A DNA stretch of 48,681 bases from contig MRSU01002137.1 of the NCBI GenBank assembly GCA_008369845.1, positions 1 through 48,681 of the forward strand, read 5' to 3'. The first letter of the stretch is position 1. Every line of letters begins with the position of its first letter. Below the pieces are notes generated by a model, which saw only the letters and a program-made list of their open reading frames with translations, made no database searches and was not told the origin of the DNA. Made by a program: the position numbers and the translations under genes. The stretch is from Trichomonas gallinae (Eukaryota). Shown in pieces: positions 11,301-21,131 of the stretch.

Positions 11301-12639
11301 CGATCTTATCAGACCGGAAACAATAATTGATTTAATCGACACAATGACATATATTGCCAGTCTACCCAACAGCACGCTCAGTGAGAACCCCCTCCTCTTA
11401 GAGATTATTATAATCAGTCTCGAAAAGTGCGAAGATCGTTCGCTGGCTGTTTTAATGGCTTCTAATTTCGTCAAGTTGATTGCAGAAAAAATTTCCACTA
11501 AAACTGTCAGAGCGTTGATGGCTATGACAAACATACAGATCGATAAATGGTTCGATATCGATTCTACGCTATTGTACAGCTTCATGTCTATCCTCAGCGA
11601 AAACAAGAACGGCGAGAAGCAAGACCCGCACGATCTGATGATATTGGAAACAAAGTTAAAAGACTTCCGCAGGAATCTGCTGTTTTCGTCAATTGCAGCC
11701 AAAATGGACAAAGATAACAAGGATAATTATATTCCGCAGCTTCTCCCTCTCATCCAGGAACCATTCGAGCCGCAGAAGTTGATGGATGCGATCGTTTGTA
11801 TTCAGAGAATTTGTGATGATTCTAACTTCAAGCCAAACGGTTCTGCACTTGTCACTTTGATGCCGCATGTCCATAACTTCATCAAGAAGCTTCCAAATGT
11901 TCCATATGTGCAGTCGTTTGTGTCATCATACTTTTCTCTCCTCGCACAACTTTACAACTTTGACACGATACAAGTCGTCACGAGCATTTTCGATTGCTAC
12001 AAAGATCCGAACTTCGACGATCTTTTGCCTTGCGTTCTCGCAATCTACAAAGGCAACTCATCTACACAAGAGCTTCTCAATCTAATCACAACAAGATTGA
12101 GCGCCATAATGTGTGGAAATCTCGACCAAATACAGCTCTTTATAGACATTGTCAAACTCGCTTGTGACAACATTGCATCGCAGAGCAGCGAAAAAAGAAA
12201 GGACTTCTTCGATATCCAGTTGAAGAAGTTAATACCCACATTGAGTGTGAATACTATGCACTTCTCTGGTGAGCTCGCTTTGATGATAATTGACTTCATC
12301 GCGAGCCAGAATGATGACCAAACAGCTCTGAGCGCTTTATTCTCTAATGACATACACAAAGTTATGCGATTTTTGCCTTTCTATGCTGTATTCAGGACAT
12401 TTTGTAATGATCATGGAATTAGAGGCGATGAGGACCTGCAGCAATATATTTTCAACAAGATTACTTCTTTCGAGGATAATTTTAAGTTCGTTCTCAAAAA
12501 TTATTTCGATGTAAGATATCCCGTGCAGACTGCTCATTATGCGCGCATCATGCAACGCGAGGCGACGTTTTCTGGCACTGAACAAGCACTCAAAGAGCTT
12601 CGTACAGCAATTCTCCCAGCAAAGAAAAATTATTATTAA
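8332..12639 (+). CDS. Large hypothetical alpha-solenoid (HEAT/ARM-like) protein
   Basis: 1435-aa uninterrupted ORF, Leu/Ile-rich and helical, with HEAT-like segments DANIRTQAQRTL and DIVRSSALETL. No catalytic motif recognised. Confidence 0.7.
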   Translation: MNELISSIAKINASQANKDIVRGMLIDIENKFNVFSVKKAYPNGASFAIESILKFLTDAFCNSDANIRTQAQRTLCVFLSHSSAFYPKTLRGIFSEQSNLLPKDGNPYASLFIAVAFTWLTHDVDPIYLQDLYSNSHIVQYFSILKPEIATDIPTVISLLQDPPREFLVKLLNLFLEQLRQNDLSTSLIRAITAVILHNQDLVSVLFKAFREDDNLIPISLPLISHLISNKVNLDRIHFDYTHFELIRSLLERHDNETMCEAAFQILSHPSASFSVSTKMDGSMAKLKVKLKRRSGGNPEIIPIKFDINSYNTASRFLLPLPLEFLTWDPKDLLPETKAKFSTISNIARTSQDPKVIEKTFDMFKFALQMGNNDKMPDIITRFSACCLVYLNTSRHFEFIALIRELIYLRQDIRDRVITKTQIHGLISAFTPANIFKYYDRNTYETILDYVIQDVLHPNDIVRSSALETLKAFSSYSKHELIIEAIFDRLDCFDQDKMEYSFYAVSILGEEKPDLDKYFLLPTLNMTIDLMLFNELPLSTLTLAMRYLSLFDMSSDDISHLGDIPVIVHQIITESVNHIIGTTRKTKSTRYDSNSLRKMIDVNFKNNPIEVFTSKPINNRISVFPHLYYALRLFRCFPIANVVASLFTCITDACVQIFPDVSSDALLRCWPLLVRTDRQIVLNSMTTHLRLSPNFDVASRWLKILMDPLNEDLIDQTPDFKNSFLVNISEIPSHAKNIQPSSLLRYTKFILNTGSDKTKEYQAAIEELSEDARVDFLRSIRELDENVVFELVDDPPELKVNFAGGLIESMRQMIQTTKAIYTRVKRRVKLYEMAKSSIETREIIRDNLNVGLPEDLHSREDTARYISLVKFQTVDLNPSDLKRLIHYFCDVFSTEGIVTTLDHWFNRFSINTMELIGQTNDWVYRFPIDSIPAIAKVVLDHKYKIEDFLMKYAPDMPKIQGVIQPYVPDKSRYLNRNQNFTVFISSFKESDLIRPETIIDLIDTMTYIASLPNSTLSENPLLLEIIIISLEKCEDRSLAVLMASNFVKLIAEKISTKTVRALMAMTNIQIDKWFDIDSTLLYSFMSILSENKNGEKQDPHDLMILETKLKDFRRNLLFSSIAAKMDKDNKDNYIPQLLPLIQEPFEPQKLMDAIVCIQRICDDSNFKPNGSALVTLMPHVHNFIKKLPNVPYVQSFVSSYFSLLAQLYNFDTIQVVTSIFDCYKDPNFDDLLPCVLAIYKGNSSTQELLNLITTRLSAIMCGNLDQIQLFIDIVKLACDNIASQSSEKRKDFFDIQLKKLIPTLSVNTMHFSGELALMIIDFIASQNDDQTALSALFSNDIHKVMRFLPFYAVFRTFCNDHGIRGDEDLQQYIFNKITSFEDNFKFVLKNYFDVRYPVQTAHYARIMQREATFSGTEQALKELRTAILPAKKNYY

Positions 12640-12955
12640 AGTGTTTTGTTTATTATAAAAAAAATAATGTATTTTCGTTTACTCACTTTGAATACAACAT
12701 CAATTCCATTTCAAAAACATTAGATTTTTTGAATATCAAAATTTCAAAAATTTTCTTAAAAAAATATCATTTAGATCGAATATCACTAATCTTGATCTTA
12801 TATACATATTAATAATAGCTAAAATATTTTTGTAATTTTGATATATTTTTATTGAAAAAAAATATTTTGGTAAATTTTTGGTTATGGAATCGATTTTCTG
12901 ACGATTTGGGTGATTACATGCGATTCTCTTTATTGATGAATTGTTTTGCTTTTTT

Positions 12956-13046
12956 TGACATGTAATTTGAAGATTTTGTCAATATAAAATTTTTGCCATG
13001 TAAATATGAAATAACGCATTGAATTTTAAAATTAATGACGTGTAAA
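12956..13046 (+). promoter_or_regulatory. Three TGACATGTAA-type motifs upstream of the cyclase gene
   Basis: TGACATGTAA at 12956, TGCCATGTAAA at 12994 and TGACGTGTAAA at 13036. Role inferred. Confidence 0.45.
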
Positions 13047-13147
13047 GCTGTTCAGAAAATAATTTTGTTTTCAAGTTAATTATCTGTCTCTGACAATATG
13101 CAAAAGAATTTTTTAAACTCGTTTTTTATTGTAAATTTTATAGGTAA

Positions 13148-16100
13148 ATGAATGATGGAAGATCTCAAGTTTCAAGCGAGACTAACCTCCTGCAGAAGGT
13201 TGGTTTTGATAACGGTAACAGAATTGAGCAAAGACTTGCTACTGTTATCAATAGAATGAGATCTAATTATATTATTTTATCTTATGCGATGCTTGTTATA
13301 TCATTCCTTCAATCTATATCAATCGGATTCTTCTCGACATCAAGTAAGATGCTTTCTTCGAACAAATATACAGCGACTGTCTACGTATTCTTGAAATTTT
13401 TTCTCTCAATAGGCTCATTATGGGATGGAAATCGTGAAACATCAGCGAACAAGATTATAATCATCGTTTTATCAGTCATTGCATGTATGTGGATCGTTTT
13501 TTACATCATATTCAGCTTGATGTATATCTCAAAAAAGTCATTTTCAACTTTCGTCGTTTATTTCTTACTTTACATTGGATTCTACGTGTTCTCAATTACA
13601 ACAGTCTGGGCAGGAACAACCACAGGCTTTTTTGTAAAAACAATTATTAATCAATCAGCAAGTTTAACAACTTTCGCGTACATTTCTCTTCTTTGCTTCA
13701 TTATTCTTGCATACATCTCCTATTTCATGGACAGAATCTATCAATCTTCCCCTGATGTTGATACTGTCGACAGATTTTCGTTCTGGCCGCAAAACATTCT
13801 TCCAAGAGTGTATAGGACGAACTCTAAGTATGTAATGTCAGTTCTCTTGGAGCTTTTCAGAGGCACAAAGCTGCAATATTTAGCAATTGGAGCCAACATC
13901 ATAATATCAGCAATTGGAATATATATTCTTCTAAGCAGTGAAACAACAGTTTATCCAAGTGGAAAAGTTGTCCTCTCAGCCGAATACGTAACGATAATAA
14001 TTTCGCATATTTACTATATCATATTCAACTTCGTGACAATGAGCAGTGTTCTTTGTTTCTTCTTGGATATAATCACAGTTGTTATCGTATGTATTGTCAT
14101 TGCTCTTTTAGTTCAAAAGTTATCAAAAACTCACATCGATTTGCTTTATTCTAAGTTCGAAAACCTTGTCGAAAACATCAACAATCCAAAGCAGTGCATA
14201 ACAATCATCAAATTAGGCATTGTTTACAACGCTCCTTGCATTTCTAATCATACTCTCTTAAATTGGACTATTAACAGATGGCCGAATCATCAGGACCTCC
14301 AATTACTCATTGCATTTATTTTCTACCTCTTGAAGATGAAATATCGAGAAATTTTGGATTTAGTTTCTGTTTGCGTTGACTTAGCGCCGCTTTCTTCATA
14401 TAATTCTCTTCTTTTCTATCAGATATTCAATCGTCTCCCTACAAATGAGCAACAACTCTCACGACAAGTTGAAGATGTGAAAAGATTATACGAAATCCCT
14501 AAAATTTCGCTGAGAAACTTCTGGGATGCAATTTTGAGGCGCCACAATGATGAAGCACTGCATCAATGCTTGCTTTATCATAATAACATTGAAAATATCA
14601 ATCAAATTTTCGCAAACTTTATTTTCGAGCATCCGTCGTCTGACTGTGTTCTCGAGGAATACGTCAACTTCAACAGAACCATATCTGGCAACAGAATCAC
14701 GGCTACAGCGACAGAACAAAGATTATTAAAATTAAAAGATTCACACGATGAATTGCCTGAAAATAACGAAGAATCCATTGCCCAAATATCAAGATTATCG
14801 ACAATCAAGTCTTCAGTGTTTATTTCTGAGTTTTCAGAAGCTCACGTTGATATCGACAAGACAGACCACGGAATTCAAAGCGCTTTGAATGCCAGACCAA
14901 TGTACTGGCCAATTCGCTTCTTTGTTGTAGCTGTCATCGTTTCAATAATTTCGCTTGGTTTTTCAATTGCTGTTTATATCCTTTCTGCTAAGCATATTCA
15001 ACGTGTTGATGATCAAGTGTTACTTATCATGAACTTGCATCAGCTTATTCACGTAACTGCAAAAATTTTATTCTCAACTCTCAGTTTTCCAACGCATAAT
15101 GCTACAGTTCATGCGGTTCCCGACTTTAATCTATCAAATGAGCGAGCAACGCTGAATGCCTTAACAAATGAGTTTGATAATTTAATTTATGAATCATTCC
15201 AGAACTATGACTCATTCCCGTTATCATATCTTCACTCCTGGGTCGAGCAAAAGATCAACGCGTCAGTTCTCAGTCCAATCGATCCTGTTTCAAGAAATCT
15301 CACATATATCGACATTTTAAGGCTCTACCAAATCTCCGCGCGCTCACTTTCAGCGACAAGTGACGCTTATATCGGCACGCAGGAGAACCCGTCAATCGGC
15401 ATCGAGCAAAGTGTTTATTTCTACCCGGCAATTTCCAAGGCTTTGCAGGAGCAGATAAGAGTTCTGAAAGACCTGATCAACAGCGAAAAGACACCTGCAC
15501 AGAACAACACCGTCATCATCATCGTTGTAGGCATCGGCGTCTGCTTCCTGATTATCTGCATCGCGCTGCCATTTATCATTGTCGAAATCAAGAACGAATT
15601 CAAGTTTTTGATTTCTCTTTATTCAACTGTTCCAACAAAGACAGTCACAAACATTTTAGGTCTTCCGCAAGAATACGAAGAGTTTGACACTACTCTGTCC
15701 GACAAGAAGAAAGATGCTGACCATTTATCATTCACGGACATGAAAATGCACTGCGTCATTATTTTACTTTTAACAGCTTTCGTCGTCATTCAACTTCCTA
15801 TTATATCTGTCGTCATTTCATTCATCAATCACACGAACAACGCCAGCTTCATCATAGACAGCATGCAGGTCTCATCAGACATGATCTCAGAGCTCGGATA
15901 CATCTACATGTACGCTTACGACTTAATCGGAAACTTCATGTCGCCGAATAAGACGCAGCTGGAAATTTTGTTCAAACAAGCAGCAACTGCCATGATTACT
16001 AAATACGACGAGCTGATATTCGGTGGAACAAATGACATAGAAGATGGCTTCATATTCAAGGAAAACTACAGAGAATATTTGCTACAGGAAAGATGCCAGA

Positions 16101-17587
16101 GTTTAGTCGTCGGACAAATTCCAAACACTTCTTGCATCACATACACGACAGCAATTTACTTCTTGTTCGTGCACTGCTACAGGCTGCTTAAAATGGAGAC
16201 GATGCCAACAAGCTATGACTCATATTGGTGGATACATTTCGTCGAGATCTCTTACGACATGCTGAACTCTTTGTCTCTCGAATTCTACAATCAGAGCATG
16301 ACGATGATAAACGACATAATGTCAGGACCGAATGGATACTACAATGGCTTTGAGTTGCTCATTTGCATCGTATTGTTCCTGATTGAAGTGATTTTGTGCT
16401 TCATCTTCATCAGATACTCGCTGACTCCTTCAATGAGGGCTTGTCTTGATCCTATATTAGTCATGGACTTCGAGGCTGTCTCTGAGTCTCCACAAGTTGT
16501 TCGTTTCCTTCAGGGCGAATATGATCATGCTTTCAGGAAGACAGCGATGAACACGAAGCAGAAAACTGTTCAAGTCATTTCTCACATCAACGACTTCATA
16601 TCTGATGGAATTGTCGCTCTTTCTCATGATGGAACAGTTATCGGAACAAACAGAAGGTACCACGAGATGTTCAACAACACGCCAATCGATGTGATAGGAA
16701 GAAACATCAGCGAAATAATCCCGTCGAGCAGCGCACCTGTTTTAGATGCCATAGAGTTGATAAAGAGAGGTGAAATTGTTGCCTCTCAGCTTATTGATAC
16801 AACTCTTTTCACAGATGATGAGCGCGAAGTCCCAGTCACTATCAAAGTCATCTCGAGTGCTGAGCATGGAGCAAGGAACACGTCTTGCGCTTTAATCATC
16901 ACAGACAGGTCAACAATTGTCGCCCACAACATAACATTAGCACACGAGAAAGCTAAGATTGAGCAGATGATCTACTCTCTAGTTCCAAGGCAAATTGCTG
17001 TCTCCCTGGTTTCAGGAAAGCGTGACTTGACAATAGAGGTTAAGTGCGCAACAATATTAGTTGCTTCTGCTGTCAATTTCACTGACACAACATCAGGAAT
17101 GCAGGCGAAGCAGTCAATCAACGTCTTGAACATCTTCTTGAAGGAATTCGATTCTGAATTACAGTCTTTCCAGACACTCACTAAATTACACGCGTTCGGT
17201 GAGCACTACATTGTAGGATCAGGTCTGTTTGAGAGCGATGGAACACCAGAGGCAGCTGCACAAAACGTTGTCAATTTCGGCAAGAAGATGATACAGCTTG
17301 CACAGATGGTTTCCAACGTCAACTCGCACAGACTAAGATTCAGGATCGGAATCCACTCAGGTGGTCCTCTTCTCTGCACGATTCTCGACAATGGCTCTCC
17401 TTCATTCGAAGTCATCGGACCTGCAATGAAAGTCGCACACACAATAGAAAGACTCGGAAAAGTCGACAATGTCAACCTTTCACAAGAAACAGTTGATCTC
17501 ATCGCAAACTCAGGATATTCTGTCACCCAATATAAGTCGAAGCTCATCGACTACGGAAAGGCTACATACATCCTCTCGAACACATAA
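13148..17587 (+). CDS. Multi-pass transmembrane PAS-domain adenylate/guanylate cyclase family protein (trichomonad TMAC type) with degenerate catalytic residues
   Basis: 1479 aa with many TM helices, a PAS-like segment (DGIVALSHDGTVIGTNRRYHEMF..VIGRNI), a helical linker (LIYSLVP-type 'MIYSLVPRQIA') and a class III cyclase domain (RFRIGIHSGGP, VNLSQET). Confidence 0.88.
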   Translation: MNDGRSQVSSETNLLQKVGFDNGNRIEQRLATVINRMRSNYIILSYAMLVISFLQSISIGFFSTSSKMLSSNKYTATVYVFLKFFLSIGSLWDGNRETSANKIIIIVLSVIACMWIVFYIIFSLMYISKKSFSTFVVYFLLYIGFYVFSITTVWAGTTTGFFVKTIINQSASLTTFAYISLLCFIILAYISYFMDRIYQSSPDVDTVDRFSFWPQNILPRVYRTNSKYVMSVLLELFRGTKLQYLAIGANIIISAIGIYILLSSETTVYPSGKVVLSAEYVTIIISHIYYIIFNFVTMSSVLCFFLDIITVVIVCIVIALLVQKLSKTHIDLLYSKFENLVENINNPKQCITIIKLGIVYNAPCISNHTLLNWTINRWPNHQDLQLLIAFIFYLLKMKYREILDLVSVCVDLAPLSSYNSLLFYQIFNRLPTNEQQLSRQVEDVKRLYEIPKISLRNFWDAILRRHNDEALHQCLLYHNNIENINQIFANFIFEHPSSDCVLEEYVNFNRTISGNRITATATEQRLLKLKDSHDELPENNEESIAQISRLSTIKSSVFISEFSEAHVDIDKTDHGIQSALNARPMYWPIRFFVVAVIVSIISLGFSIAVYILSAKHIQRVDDQVLLIMNLHQLIHVTAKILFSTLSFPTHNATVHAVPDFNLSNERATLNALTNEFDNLIYESFQNYDSFPLSYLHSWVEQKINASVLSPIDPVSRNLTYIDILRLYQISARSLSATSDAYIGTQENPSIGIEQSVYFYPAISKALQEQIRVLKDLINSEKTPAQNNTVIIIVVGIGVCFLIICIALPFIIVEIKNEFKFLISLYSTVPTKTVTNILGLPQEYEEFDTTLSDKKKDADHLSFTDMKMHCVIILLLTAFVVIQLPIISVVISFINHTNNASFIIDSMQVSSDMISELGYIYMYAYDLIGNFMSPNKTQLEILFKQAATAMITKYDELIFGGTNDIEDGFIFKENYREYLLQERCQSLVVGQIPNTSCITYTTAIYFLFVHCYRLLKMETMPTSYDSYWWIHFVEISYDMLNSLSLEFYNQSMTMINDIMSGPNGYYNGFELLICIVLFLIEVILCFIFIRYSLTPSMRACLDPILVMDFEAVSESPQVVRFLQGEYDHAFRKTAMNTKQKTVQVISHINDFISDGIVALSHDGTVIGTNRRYHEMFNNTPIDVIGRNISEIIPSSSAPVLDAIELIKRGEIVASQLIDTTLFTDDEREVPVTIKVISSAEHGARNTSCALIITDRSTIVAHNITLAHEKAKIEQMIYSLVPRQIAVSLVSGKRDLTIEVKCATILVASAVNFTDTTSGMQAKQSINVLNIFLKEFDSELQSFQTLTKLHAFGEHYIVGSGLFESDGTPEAAAQNVVNFGKKMIQLAQMVSNVNSHRLRFRIGIHSGGPLLCTILDNGSPSFEVIGPAMKVAHTIERLGKVDNVNLSQETVDLIANSGYSVTQYKSKLIDYGKATYILSNT

Positions 17588-18068
17588 TATTTTTCATGTT
17601 ATTTTTTTATAATTTTATTTTTATGTTTTGATTTAAATTGATAGATATATTTTTGAATCTATTCCGATATTTTTATAAACTCTTTGAATATTCAATAGAC
17701 CTTTATGCAACCCAAAATTTGGTATATAGCCTAGACAGATTAGGAAAACTATTTTTTTTTCCAAATCATTATTAGTGTTTGGCACTAATGAGTTCATCTA
17801 AAGTTATTTAATTCCAATGATATATATGGTAATCATCAACTAAATTGTTGTCAATTATAAGTGAATTTCTTTCGAGAAATCATCTGTGGTTTAGTATACT
17901 CACAACCTATAGGATAATGCTTTAAAAAATGAAAGTGTTCTTTTGATATTGTTTGCAGCAACAACAAAAGCGAAAAAAATAATGATTTTGGATTTGCTGT
18001 ATAATAAAAGAAAAAAAAATTTGTCAATAAAATACTTTAAAAATATAAAAATCAAATATATTCATGAA

Positions 18069-19547
18069 TTAAAATGATCTAACAACTTCACCTATTTCTT
18101 CGGAGAATGCTTGAAAAGCATCTGGCTCGCCGTACTTCATCTCGAGAGCGATCGTCGCCCATCCGACCTCCTTGAACACCATAGATATCAGGACGTAGAG
18201 GTCGTCGTGCCCAACATTGACGATGAGATTGTGGTCGTTCGGGAACAAGAAGAGGCAGTCCAAGTCGACGAGCTTCATCTGGATCGCAGAGATGAGTGTC
18301 TCTGGGTCAGCATTGACCGGCTCGAACTCGATGATTGACTGGACTGGTCCATTAATATCGACTGACGCCCATGACTTGTCAACGAATGAGTAAAAGTCTG
18401 GAGATCCGGCAGAAGGAGCCTTCGGGCGCCTGAAGAATGCATCATTCGTGTGAAGCGAGCCAACTGGTGCCATAATTCTTGGAGTCATCATGAAGCGCTC
18501 GTCTGGTGCTGGATCTGATTGAATTCCGTCCCACGGCAGAGCCTTGACGTCGAGTGTAGATGTTAGGAGATAATAGAACATTTTCGCGTCAGTGGCACCA
18601 GGTGAAGTCAACTCCTGCATGATTGCGTCGTCCGATGGATATCCGATGTTCCTGAGTACAGGGAAGTACTGCTTGTCGATATCATCGACCTGGAGCGGGT
18701 CTGCAGTATTAGGAAGTGGGAGAGGAATGGGAACGACGTATGATTCTGGGCAGAAGAGTCTGAATGCCTCTGATTCTTTGATTTCTTTGATTGTAATTCT
18801 CGAATTGACATCAACTGTCAGCATTTTCGCGATTAACGTACGAATGCAGAATGGCTCGAAATCTGGCATGATGAAGTGTCCGGACTTGACTTTACTGAGC
18901 AAGTTGCGAATGGATGGGTCGTCAAATGGCAGCCTTCCCGCTAAAAGCGCATATAAAATAACGCCGCAGCTCCAGATGTCTGCTTTGCGTCCATCGTACG
19001 CGAGGCCGCGGATAACTTCCGGAGCGGCATAGTGTGGGGACCCGCACGACGTCTCAGCGATTTTTTCCGGCATCCAGCGGGCGAATCCGAAGTCAGCGAT
19101 CTTGATGTGATCAGACTTGTCGAGCAGGATGTTCTCAGGCTTCAAATCGCGGTGGCAAATTAAATGCTGGTGTAAATAATCAATACCATAAATAATTTGT
19201 CTAAACATTTTCATGGCGACTTCCGGTGACAGGCGTCCGCGCGACACGAGATAATCGAAGAGCTCACCATGTTCGGCGTATTCCAAGACAATGTACATGT
19301 GGTGAGGTGACTCTAGAACTTCGATGAGCTTCAGCAAATGCGGGTGATCGAGGAGCCTCATGAGTGCGACTTCGCGCCTGATCTTTCTTTGCAAATCCGG
19401 CTTAACGTCGAAAGCAGACTTTTTGATAATCTTTATAGCAACAAGTTTTCCGTCCGTCGAGTCTTCAGCGAGCTTAACCTTGGCAGTGGTACCAGAACCA
19501 AGAGTCCTGATGACATTGTACTTTCCAATCTTAGCTTGTCCTTCCAT
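18069..19547 (-). CDS. CAMK-group Ser/Thr kinase, BRSK/SAD/Hsl1-like (AMPK-related)
   Basis: VAIK, HRDLKPEN, DFG, ETSCGSPHYAAPE and YDGRKADIWSCGVILYALL, followed by UBA-like and KA1-like regions. Confidence 0.93.
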   Translation of the reverse strand: MEGQAKIGKYNVIRTLGSGTTAKVKLAEDSTDGKLVAIKIIKKSAFDVKPDLQRKIRREVALMRLLDHPHLLKLIEVLESPHHMYIVLEYAEHGELFDYLVSRGRLSPEVAMKMFRQIIYGIDYLHQHLICHRDLKPENILLDKSDHIKIADFGFARWMPEKIAETSCGSPHYAAPEVIRGLAYDGRKADIWSCGVILYALLAGRLPFDDPSIRNLLSKVKSGHFIMPDFEPFCIRTLIAKMLTVDVNSRITIKEIKESEAFRLFCPESYVVPIPLPLPNTADPLQVDDIDKQYFPVLRNIGYPSDDAIMQELTSPGATDAKMFYYLLTSTLDVKALPWDGIQSDPAPDERFMMTPRIMAPVGSLHTNDAFFRRPKAPSAGSPDFYSFVDKSWASVDINGPVQSIIEFEPVNADPETLISAIQMKLVDLDCLFLFPNDHNLIVNVGHDDLYVLISMVFKEVGWATIALEMKYGEPDAFQAFSEEIGEVVRSF

Positions 19548-19684
19548 AAATTTTTGAGCTCTGAAACTATTATCGTTAAACTTCTCAATTCTGTCAAATA
19601 AGAATTTACAAAAAATCTTCGACTTAAATCTTGCAAATTTGGTATCATTTATGGAAATATAACCGAATTACAGGCTAAAATCGC

Positions 19685-20100
19685 GAAAATGAAAATAAAC
19701 GATGAATTTTAAATAAATTGTAAAATTTACGGGTGTGAAAGCGAAATAAAAATGTTCAAAATATGTAAATTTAATTATAATTATTATTTTATGTTTAAAT
19801 AAGATTGAAACTTGAATGAGAAATAATCGTATGTAAAGAATTTTAAAGAACAGTACGTTGTACGGGCGTATTAGCGTTTTAAATTTTGCAAATATTATCA
19901 TTATATTTTAAACTATTATTTTCATTTTAAATGGAGCTGAAATTTGTATCGAAAATAATCGTGTGCATTGAATAAACAAGTTTTGACATTCTATGGGTGC
20001 GAAAGCGATCGAAAATTTTGTAGAAATTAATATGATAATATTTATAATGATATTAGGTTTAATTTGCTTTGGAAATTGAGTTGAAAATAATCGTATTGAT
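19685..20100. repeat. Degenerate ~132-bp tandem repeat (about 3 units) with two conserved boxes
   Basis: Box A (TAYGGGYGY...AGCG) at 19728, 19861 and 19992. Box B (AAATAATCGT) at 19693 (variant), 19821, 19953 and 20085. Confidence 0.8.
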
Positions 20101-21131
20101 TGAATTTTAAAATTTTTAAAAAGTGACTGATTTTAAAAATCTTTGTTATATCTTTTTGCCATTGATTGAAAAACGTAACGTTTTATCTTTGGAATCGATA
20201 TAACTACTAATTCTACACGGATTCATGCCAACATTAGTTTTTGTTCGATTTTGTCCTCTAATATCAATGGATAATATTTACTTAGCTCTTATTTCTAGTT
20301 CGGGATCGTTATTTGCCATTTCGATAGAAGTGATTCCTCAATTTCCCCAATATTGCCTATTGCAACCGCTCAAACTGATCAGGGGTTATAATAACCAAGT
20401 CATGTGTAAGCTAGTTTTACGGCCTTTAATGAGTTATCCAAATAATTAAATTATCAAATATTAAATTACTAAACGAAATAGTAATTTATTGGATTTTCCT
20501 ACTGTATTCGAGAATGATATCAGAATGGCTTATGTTTGAGAGCAAAATTCTCAAGATGAAGATAAGGCAAACTTTGACAAATGTAAAGTTGAATTTTACC
20601 GAATGGAATAAGAATGAATGATCATTATTGACGAAAAATGAGTATATACCAATACATGCATAATTTGGTAAGCAACGAACTCGGATTATCAATCGATTTG
20701 TGAAAAAATGAAGAAATTTTCTGAATAAAGGATTCAATCATGAAAGAAATACGTGAAAATAAAACAAATATGCGTATTCATCTGTTTATTTTCAATTCTG
20801 AACGACGTTTAGAAGGTAAAAAAATTGAAGAAAAAATCAATGTCGCAATAATTAACATCAAATTGATGAAATTAACCACCTAGATAACTGATAGGTGTTG
20901 CAGGAGTGGGAAATTTGATTTCACGAAATAATCAGAAGTACGTTAGTTTTTGAATGATTTATAGAATTCAGATTATATTGAAATTAAATCTAGAATATTC
21001 ATCTGGTTCATGCAAAATACGCAAATATTCACATATAATTTTAAATTTAAAACCTTTCTCTCAATCTTCAATTATTTAGAGAAATTGGTGTAATGACTAT
21101 TGTATATATGGATGATAAAAAGTATTATGAG

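Noticed and set aside
11100..11720. 206-aa antisense ORF and the other ORFs nested in long CDS (e.g. 18592-19032, 45466-45963, 47773-48291)
   Set aside because: Shadow frames of real genes explained by codon bias. They have no independent protein features.
17771..17801. ATTAGTG/CACTAAT hairpin followed by CTAA (Helitron 3' end or terminator)
   Set aside because: AT-rich 7-bp stem, not followed by T as in an A/T insertion site, and no 5' end. Intrinsic terminators are not expected in a eukaryote.
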